64,000 nt of DNA from contig OZ059895.1 in the NCBI GenBank assembly GCA_964057225.1, positions 8,060,001 to 8,124,000 of the forward strand, given 5' to 3'. This DNA comes from Auanema rhodensis (lineage: Eukaryota > Animalia > Nematoda). Below, in pieces: positions 15,203 through 25,215 of this stretch (positions are counted from its first letter, which is position 1; each line of letters begins with the position of its first letter). Position numbers and translations under genes: made by a program. The notes beneath the pieces are model-generated. The model was not told the DNA's origin and did not search any database. It worked only from the letters and a program-made list of their open reading frames with translations.

Positions 15203-15210
15203 CACGTGAC
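15203..15210 (+). promoter_or_regulatory. CLEAR-like E-box (CACGTGAC), candidate HLH-30/TFEB site
   Basis: CACGTGAC about 310 bp upstream of the ATG of a LAPTM-like lysosomal gene, overlapping a TGACGT half-site. Confidence 0.45.
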
Positions 15211-15520
15211 GTGCGTCTGCTCCGCTACTTCGGCGTCTTTTCAAGTAAATTATACGTGAAAAGGTTAACATTTTCTCTTTCACTAAACGCATTTCTTTTG
15301 TGTGTAGACGAGCAGAACGGTTGTTTTTCTTATGTATTTGTTTAAATTTCTAGATACTTCGCTCGTGTTCTCGTCTTCTTTGTTCAATCATTATCGTAAT
15401 TCGATCTGCGTGCCATTCTTCGCTCGACCCCTTTTTTCTCTTCCTATATTAGCTCAGTAATATCTTGATTCCTTGCACGGTTGTAAAAGTTTTCAAAAAT
15501 TATTTTTTAATCTCTAGAAT

Positions 15521-16350
15521 ATGGCCAAAATTCAATCAAACCACCGGCACCATAGAGTGGATACCCTTTGGGACGCTAACGCGGATAAATACAGAGTGTT
15601 CTGCCGCAAAATTCATGTTACCAAGGTATTTTACCTTTATTGAAATTGAATTTTTCATTTATTTATTCTTATTTTAGGCTACTCAATTCATTGGATTTGT
15701 CCAACTTGTGATTATGGGAATTTTCAGCGCTGCTCTTCTATTCTTCGCTACCAGAAATTTCAATGTAAAATTGTTCTGTAAATCAGATTTAGTAGTTGTT
15801 TTTTTCAGGGCTCTGGCAATGATGAATGGTTAGGTAGCATGGGAACTCGTTACATCACTTCCTTTTTCACTGCGATGTTCCTTCAATTGGCTTTGGTTGT
15901 TATGATGCTCCGTGGAGTTCGTACAGAACGCCGCTCTCTTCTTCTTCCTTTCATCATTTTTGCCTCATTCGCTGTCTTTTTGGCCTTTGTTCAGGTATTT
16001 GAAAAAAAAAGAGATTTAAATGATTTATCATTAAAGGTTTCTTCTGACTTTGTTGCCGCTGCTCAAGAACAACCTGGTGCAGCTACTGGACCTCAGCTTT
16101 TCTGTCATATTCTTGGAATGTGCATGCATCTTTGGTGTGTCGGTGTAGTCTGGCGTTGTTATTGCTACTTGGGAGACAAGAAGGTAAATAAATTATCACG
16201 GGTTCTATCATATATTTTTTGTTATTTTAGGTTGCTGAACAAATTGGACAGCAACTACAAGTTACATCCCTTGCCTTCGCTTATGATTATTCTCAACCAC
16301 CCCCATATGCTGATACCGTTGTCGAGAAGCACCCCTTAACCATTGCTTAA
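15521..16350 (+). CDS. LAPTM4-like four-transmembrane lysosomal protein
   Basis: Five GT-AG exons (15521-15625, 15678-15764, 15809-15994, 16037-16183, 16231-16350) join in frame: MAKIQSN..KYRVFCRKIHVTKATQFIG.., four hydrophobic segments, VVWRCYCYL, and a C-terminal PPPY (NEDD4-binding PY) motif in ..QPPPYADTVVEKHPLTIA*. Confidence 0.8.
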
Positions 16351-17646
16351 GCGAATGGCTTCTGAATCAATTACAGTTTGATGTATAAGCGGCAAAAAGT
16401 TTTCGTTTCTCTCCCAACTTTGTTAACTTCTCTTTACAAAACCTTATGTAAACCATGAATACTATTAATCAGCTGAATTTACAGTCTTTCATGTAATGGA
16501 AGCCACCTAATGGTACTGTAAATCGCTGACTCGTTTTATAAGATTGAGTGACGTCTTTTTTATCATTTGACCATAAGGTTCTAAGTAATGATTCATCCTA
16601 ATAATCCTTGTCTTTAATATTTTAATTGAATTCACTGAAGACCTTGTAATAGTCTAATAACCAAAGCTGATTCATCAGTTTTTAAGTTTTTCTTGATTTT
16701 TAATGTTTTTTAGAAAAGATATTGCGAGAGGTTTTTCTTTTGCGAAAGTTTTTCTGATATTTAGACATACGTATCTTAAAAAGTTTTTTTTCTAGAAATA
16801 TTGAAAACATTTGAACTTTCCGCTTGATGAACACAAGGATCTTCATTCATGTATATTTGCTTTATTCAATTAGTTATAGTCAACTCTTCCATGCTATCTC
16901 TGTCACTTCTTTGTTAATAATATTCCGATAATTCCTAAGGGTTGTTATTTCAAGCCCTTTTACGGTTTTGTATTTCTTTATCAACAGCTCCTGTTTTAAA
17001 TTTCCTAAGACAAATCCATTGAAGCCCAAACGTTCTCTTATGTAGATGCTGGTAGAAACACTGACCAAGTCCAACCAGGTATTCATTCTCAATTCTTTTG
17101 AACTGATTTTGTGTTAACAATTTTACGACTTTCGTTTATAAATTTTCGAGAAATTATTTGTTGTTACTGCTATAGTACAGGCTTAATCGTAATGCTCAAA
17201 CACATTTTAGACAATGCAATATATTATTGTAGTTATGTCAAAAATAAAAAAGACAATAATATCTATTATTTCAAACAAAAAATCTGTAGTTAAAAGCTCT
17301 AATAACTGGAAGAAATATCAATAAAACAATTTGTTTTAATTTATATATTACAACAATAACTGTCACCACCGGAGAGTTTCTACCTCATCAAAAAGAATCT
17401 CATAGCACAATACAACTTAGAAAAAAGAATATAATTTATATGTATAGTTAGAGAATTAAAGTAGAAAAAATATGAATTTGAATAGAAGAAATGAAAAATC
17501 TATACGAACTACTAATATACAAAGAATCATAAATCGAAAAAGCAAATTGGTGAAGTGAAGAAAGAGAGAAATGTTGATCTGTGTTTGTGATGACAAAAAA
17601 ATTCAATGGACACATGTCCCTATACATTATAAAATAATGATTATGT

Positions 17647-20600
17647 TTAGAAATTATACCATTTCTTTTTTTCGAATTTTTCTACAAGTTTATTCGACCG
17701 AGACGCCATATTCATGGCTGAATTCTTCAGATTTTCAGTTGAATCCACGACAGCGTTTAATTTGTCTGTTCGTTCGTTCAAATTCTGAAAAAAAACTAAA
17801 TAGTTGAATTTAATAATTCTGTTCCATTGAAATTTTCAATTGTTTTAATGCTTCATCGATCAGATTTCTGAGCCATGACGTTGCATCGATTCAAGCGATG
17901 GATGTGGGGAATATGAGAAGCTAGTTCTTATATGTTTGTTACATATATTACCTGAAGAGCCATTTGAGCTGCTTGCCCAGCAGATATTCCACTGGCTTGA
18001 GCTCTTTCCATGTTAGCACCAGGACCAGGAATTGTACGGGCTATGGACCTCATACCTGCTGCTCCACCTACAACGTTCTTTTCCTTATCACCAGCAACTG
18101 TAAAAAATATTTCTTTCTCGCATCAGCATTTAAAAGAACTCACGTATGGTCTCGAGATCAGCAGAATCTGATTGACGTGGCGAATTGCCAAAAATACTAG
18201 AAACACCTTTCAAGAAGGACATATTTTTTGGAGCCTCCGGCATCTCGCAAGGTACAAACATCTCACCCATTGAGTCAGCTGTTTGCTCCGCTAATTCAGT
18301 ACATATCGTGTATTTCTCCATCTTAAATTAAACATAAGTTTAATCAATATAAGCCAAATTATTATATATTTCTAATAATCAAAGCTCTTCGTACATATGA
18401 AATTATCACATATGTTAACGAAAGAGAATTTCTTGATTTGAAAAAAAAATTAGAAGTTTGGCAAAAATTATAAGTTAACGAAGTTTCAACAATCCAGAAA
18501 ACGTGAAGAATAATAGGAAAAAGGAGCTCGATAGCTTAGATGCAAGTTTACTTACTTCGCTAGGGCTGGCCATGTACACGCCGAGACCATGTTCGGAAAA
18601 TGTTGTCCGATAGCAGATCCTGAAAAAAAAATCATAGAAAAAGTAAATAAAATAGAATTTTTTTAGCAATATTGAATATTTTGGAAAAGTAAAAAATACT
18701 GAACAAAAATACTATATATAGCTGCTATGAACTACATACCCCATACATTCTCCAAAAAATGGGGAAAGCACCCAATTCATAAACATCAACAGCACAAAAT
18801 GATAAGACTTTATTTAGCTTGTTTTGAATGGGCGTTACAACTATATCACCTTCACAAACAGCTCCCTTTCCAACTAATACTATTTTAAATGTATATTATC
18901 ACGTGTTCAACGTGTGTTCATTAGCATATAGTTAGTAAAAATTGGAAACTGTATGAACTATATTCAATGCAAAAAAATCATTCAATTTATTTTCCAGTAA
19001 AAAAACGGTTGCATTTAATAATCATTAAAAGTTTTTAAAACTTCACGTTATTTTTTGAATATTCGGGTAAAATATTTGGCGTAAACAAATTAAATGTCTG
19101 AGTATGATTTTTGTTTACTGTTATCAATTTGATTTCCATTGAATATAAGCACAAAAACTTCATGAAAGATAAGACTAAAACTCACGGGTCTTCTAATTCT
19201 ACCGATCTTGGAAGTAAAGCAGAACAACTAAGCTGACGAAGAGAAGGCAAGGATAATACCAAAATTTGACCGGCAGCATTTAGGCACATTAAGACAGGAT
19301 GACCGCGTACGTGTGTAGTTTCAGCCTGTAATGTAGAACCATTATTCAATTATCATTTCAGGATGTTATACTTTGACTAGAGGAATCTCATCTGCTTTGT
19401 AATGAAACACTTGGCTGAATAAAGGTAATGCAATAACCTTAACCTCCATTTCAGCTACAACGATTAACAACTGAAAATTATTATTATTAAGATGAATCTG
19501 TATACTGTAAAGCCATCTTCAAATTAATAGTTTTAATACTAGCCTGCGAGATTTCATCAGTGCAGTCCAGTGAGCTAGAATACGCGGGAGAAAGACTGGG
19601 TTTAGTGACAATCTGTAAATAAGTACATGATGAAACTTTTACTATTAAAAAATAGAAGTAATCATTTAAATTCAAGTGCACTCACCTTATTTGTTATCGA
19701 CTTTTCGGGGCTTCCAGAATCTTTACTTTCTCGACTAGATTCCTTATATGATTCACTCGCTGGAGATACAAGGCAGAAAGCCTGATCCATAAAGCCTTGA
19801 AGCAAAATCTGGCCTTTGACTCGAACGACAGTACCTAAAGGGACATAAAATAGATGGTTCAATAGAAATAAGCAAGCACACGCCACGTGACGGCTAAAAA
19901 CAGAATTCATAGCTAACAGCTCTCATACAAGAGGACATATAGCTCATCGGATTTGATTTGCTAACACTGGACAAACTATTCCAAATAATAAAACAATAAG
20001 ATATTTTGTATACATCCAAATACAGGAATATGTGGATATATACAAACGTCTTGTTTCAATTTTTGTTCGGGGAAAGACATATAATCTGCTAGCTCATAGG
20101 AGCAGAACAACTGAGAAAATCGTTCAGAAAATACGTAATAGTGTTACTTGAACAGGTAGGAGTAAATGTACAAAACCACTCAATTTCATGCAATTTGGTC
20201 AAGTTGTTGCAGAACTATCTCTTTCATAAAAAATGTGCACATGGATATTAGTGTGCTATTTGCATGTGAATATGAATGCTAGAAGATGTGATCACGACAT
20301 CGTAAACATTGACGATACAGAATGATGGCGAAGTAGACGTAGATTGATATAGAATGATGGTCAGTGAAGACGTCCAATAATTTACAATGCAAACCACACC
20401 AAATTATCATAATAATGTTTTGTAAAATAAAAAAAAACAAGAACTAACTATATGTATATCTACATATAGACATATAGTAAAAATAATATTGGTACACGTA
20501 AAACAAGGTGCAATCTATTGAAACAATTCAAAAATCTTTTGATTATTGAATTTCGTCGGGCACTCATTCAGATTCCACATACCTTTATCATATCGTATGG

Positions 20601-23600
20601 CTTTCACACGCGCTAAATATATGGCAAATTAGCTGAGAAACTAAGGCTAAGCATTTGAAGAAATAACAAAATGAGTAGAACCAAAATGAGAAAATCAACA
20701 AGAGATTTCTTGAACGCGTAGGAATTCAGTTAAAATACTGTTCCCTGCTAGCGTGTTATATATTCCATTATCATCTCTTTTTAAAAAAAATTGAATACGG
20801 TTATGGGTGCCTAATATTTGAAATCCGATGAATCAAAAATTTAGCTTAAGCTGGCTTTTCAGAGAAGCATACAATTCAAGAAACAGTCTCAGCAAAGCCG
20901 CAATAGCGAACTAACTTTTAAGTTAGTGACAACATAAGCAAGTCGTTAGTAAATCACGAAAAAAACAGTGAGGCTGGGCACAACATAACTACTACTTTAT
21001 AAGGCTAAGTTAGTAATTGAACTTTTAGCAAAAAAATAGAAACCATTGGTGATTTGGTTATGGATTTCATATACTTACTGTCTTCTAAAGCTGAAAAATA
21101 ATTTTGTTGTTTGAAAACTATAATTGGATTAAAGAAAAAAGGAAAAAAATGTTAGTAAGTGTGTGTTTAGAATGGATAGGGAAATGAAACTATTTTCAAT
21201 TAAATTTGATAAATGTTCACAAATCCCTCAACGGATTTCTTGAAAGGTAAAAGTGGAGAGAGTAGAGTTGCCTTTAAAGACTTATACTCACCTGACGGGG
21301 CAACCACAACTGTGGATATTAGGCGATCTTGTGGCAGAATCAGATTTAAGGCTATGGCAGCACCAGCACTGGTGCCAACCCAAATGCAAGGCGAAGCTTT
21401 GGGATCTAATTTTGAAAAAATTAGAAACTGTTAATATAACTAAATAAAACTCACCATTTCTTTTTGAGCAGGAATGAATAAATTGTAGAGAAGTGACACT
21501 TTCTCCTAAACCCAACTTTTCCAAGCTGTGAGTACTAACAGCAGGAGAAGCAGTGTTGGGATTCCGTGAGAGTGATGGAGAATCTCGTGGATGTTCACCT
21601 GAATAGAAACAATATATATTGCTAAGCCTTAAGCCAGAAGACGCCGAGAATTAAAGCTAGTATTCCGAAGCCAAGCATATATCTCCTAGATTTCTGCTTT
21701 TTTATTGTTTTCCCCTCTCAGAAACAAACTCAATTCAAGATAAGCTCAACGATTAGTTTAGTTTTCCATATCGGAGCATAATCGTAACCACAATAACTCA
21801 GTCACATAGTTCACATATGTTTAAAATTCAGATCATTCTCATTCATAACATCATTAGCATCAATTACATGGAACTTTGAAATCGATCATTTACAAGCAAT
21901 CTCAGAAAACAGGCATATTGTTAGTTGTGAAAAATACGTTGAGATTCATCATGACAAGAGTAAAGTTTTTGATATTAGATATCACATCTCTTCCGGATGC
22001 AATTCCAAACGATTCGTTTATACTCTGCTTAGTAATATCCCGAAGCGGAATATAGTTGTTGTAGAGTCGGATGAATGTTAGAGATGGATTCAAATAAGGA
22101 TGCCGTGCAATATCTACAGGAGTTTTTGTACCTCGAGGACTGCCATTAGAATGTTGTTCAATCACTGATTGAGCTTTGAAGAGCAATGGTCGTTTATCCA
22201 AAGACTTTTGCCTTGTATCTGTATTTAGACGAATCAAGTTATTACGCGGCTCGCTGAGACAGCCGGGGGACTGAAAGAATTGTTAAATCGAGACAGTTCT
22301 TAGTTGAAAATTAAATTAAGTGAAAAGTAGGCAAAACAGTTGTGAATCCGTTATCTATTAAACTAATTTTAAAATGTTTTTTCATTCAAATTTAAATATC
22401 CTAATCAAGAAGTGAGATGCAGTTAAATCCAATGACAAAAAACAACATCGAATAGCAAGCATACTATCAGCAAAAATACTGCGCTGAGTAATAATGACCA
22501 TTCTAATAATCTTCAATTAGGTTGATATATAGTAGAATGATCAAAATTATTATTCTTTGTTCAAGACAAATCTACACATAAGCTATCGTTTTAATCCGAT
22601 AAACCGTCGAAGATGTGTTTTGAAAAAAAAGAAAGAAAATACGAACAAGCAAGCCTTAGTTTCGTATACAAAAACAAAAGGCGTTTTCTTTCATTTTGAT
22701 GCTCAGAACAAGGAATATCGCCGTAATAGAGGCATGGTTAGAACACACATACACACCACGATAATATATAACGAGTAGGGTAATTCACAACATCAAAAAA
22801 GCTAACTCAATTGCATAAAAACCCATAATATATCAGTAAAATAAACTGGCTAATCTATTTATCCACATTGAACCCACACAAACTTGTCACCGGCGTTAAA
22901 TATCTCAAAACGGCCCAAACCCAACAAAAGCTTTACAAACCTTCTTCTTCTACAACATGAGCATGGAACGACAAGCTGCGTACGATATGATTACTCTTCT
23001 TCGTCAACCGTCTGATAATTCCACCTTTAACGGATTGACTGCGTGATGTTGCCCGCTGTTGATGGTCATCCACATCCTTGTGAATAGACGAAGGACATGG
23101 CGATGGAGATCTACATTCAATATCTGGACGATCCGTAGTAAATTTATCACGAGCTGCAGATGACATCTCCGACGTATTGCGGCGGAATATGCTAGACATT
23201 CCTCCTCGAGATTTGGTTGAGGGAGACTTCGACATTGGCTGATAATTCACATCAAGCAGGTCAGAGTTCACTTCTTCCTCCTAAAGCCAACAGAATTCTG
23301 CTTCACAACACGCAAAAAAAACCAAAAAAACTAGGGGAAAATAAAAAAAGAAGAATCCGATGTCAGACTCTTTAAAAGGTGAAAAGAAAAAAAGAAAAAA
23401 GAAAACAATATGGAAAGTATTAGAGTAAAGCAGGAAGACGTATATTTAGTAAAAGCAAAAACTAATTAGTCAAACCTAGAACTAAAAAAAAACGAAAACA
23501 AGCGAGAAAACGTTGATGAAAGACAAAAGCTAGGTGAGACAAAAGACTATAAAGGTAGACATGCTATATTGGAAAGTTTTTGCAGTAATGAATTGAATAG

Positions 23601-25181
23601 TGAGACGTACCTCTAAAGGACTGGAAGCATCACTAAGTTGATTGCTCAATTGAATAGCAGGAGTTGGGTCAGAACCGTAAAGTTCAGCACTACTCCATGC
23701 ATATATCAAGGCACATTGGGCGATATCGACAAGGGCTAGACCCGCTGTCGTTCCTGAAAAGGAGTAAATACTTTCACGTCTCTTCCTAATTTTATCTTAC
23801 CTAAAGCTATTACACCGTATGCAGAATTAAGAGCAGTGGCAGTTACCATGTCTGATGAAGCATGGGAAGGCCACGGTATTAGACAAGCTAATTCAGGCTG
23901 CAAACAAATGAAGTAAAATTGTAGACACACCAAAAGAAAGGAGATTGGAAAAAGAAGTAACCTGATATCCTGCTGGACGTTTCACAGGAGCACCACGAAC
24001 TTTGAACGGTACAATTCGTTCATCACCAGAAGCGTCGCTGGTGTCTGGGCTTGCAGTTGAGTCCCTACTCATCACCTAAAATAATTAAATTAAATTTTAA
24101 TAAAATAGATGTTGATGGGCGTTGCCATATTTATCTTGTAGAAGAAAATGAAAAGGGTAGAGCAGAAGTGGTAAATGAGAAGTGATATCGAAGTAGGTAG
24201 AAGTACTTGAGCATATATTAGAAGCAACGAGGTGTTGGTATGATAAAATCATGCAAACTTGTTAAAAAGGTTGTAATGAAAAATTATTGAAAGGATTATG
24301 TTTAATCAGTCATTATTAAGCCATTGTAAGAGGTAAATAGGTTAAAGTTCAAGAGATTGAAGCCGTTTAGAAACGACATGCATGGGATTGAGGTAGGCGA
24401 CTCATGAAACAAGGGAATCACAAGACGACATGTTGGACTCATGTATACCCCATGACGTCACTTTTTACTATATAACATTAGATATGTATATATAGTTAAT
24501 AATCTCATAACTCATATATATAAGACGATACGGAGAGAGAGAACGATGTAAATCGTCGTCCATATATGTTAGCCAAAAACTGTAACTCTGTGATACATTT
24601 TAGAATATATTTAAAAAATAGACAATTTAAAAATTATAAGAGAATTTAAAAATTAAGAATAATAAAATATAACAAGGATTAAATCATTTAGTTTCTCACC
24701 TTCTTTTGACGCTTCATCTCCTTAGATGTTTGGGAAGAAGTTCCAGGTTTTTCATCAGCAGCTGAGCTAGAACCCACTAAATTTGGAATATGCACAACCT
24801 GAAATTGAAGTTTGAAAAACGGTTCCTAATTGTTTTAATCTGAGAAATGTTATTAACACTTACTGCAATTGTATTAGTGGTTTCAGATTTAGCGAAGCGA
24901 AACAGAGTAACTTGTCCGGATACACCAGCAACCAGTAACAATCGAGACTAAAGTTGAGGTAAAAACTAAACGATAATGCTTGAAAAATCACTAACCTCCA
25001 AACACATTTCAATAAATTTGATAGCATGAGAAACTTTTTCTGAAGAGTCAAGTTCCTCTAATCGCTCGAAATGAGATCCTGTCTTCAAGCGATACAAAAT
25101 TTGTAGATTTTCCCCAGATGCTTGCCAAAATCGAAGACTTCCGTCCTTATGTCTGAATACAAACACATTGATATAGGAAGA

Positions 25182-25215
<34 letters not shown>

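Noticed and set aside
17380-17387. let-7 8-mer site CTACCTCA
   Set aside because: On the plus strand 1 kb past the LAPTM-like stop and antisense to the tom-1 3'UTR, so unlikely to lie in a matching UTR
17785-17951. Alternative last exon (KSDR-stop) truncating the R-SNARE motif
   Set aside because: The acceptor ggctcag lacks the T-rich context seen at used sites
24390-24470. TGAGGTAGG let-7-family seed inside a weak inverted repeat
   Set aside because: The putative mature arm lacks a well-paired star arm and lies antisense within an intron
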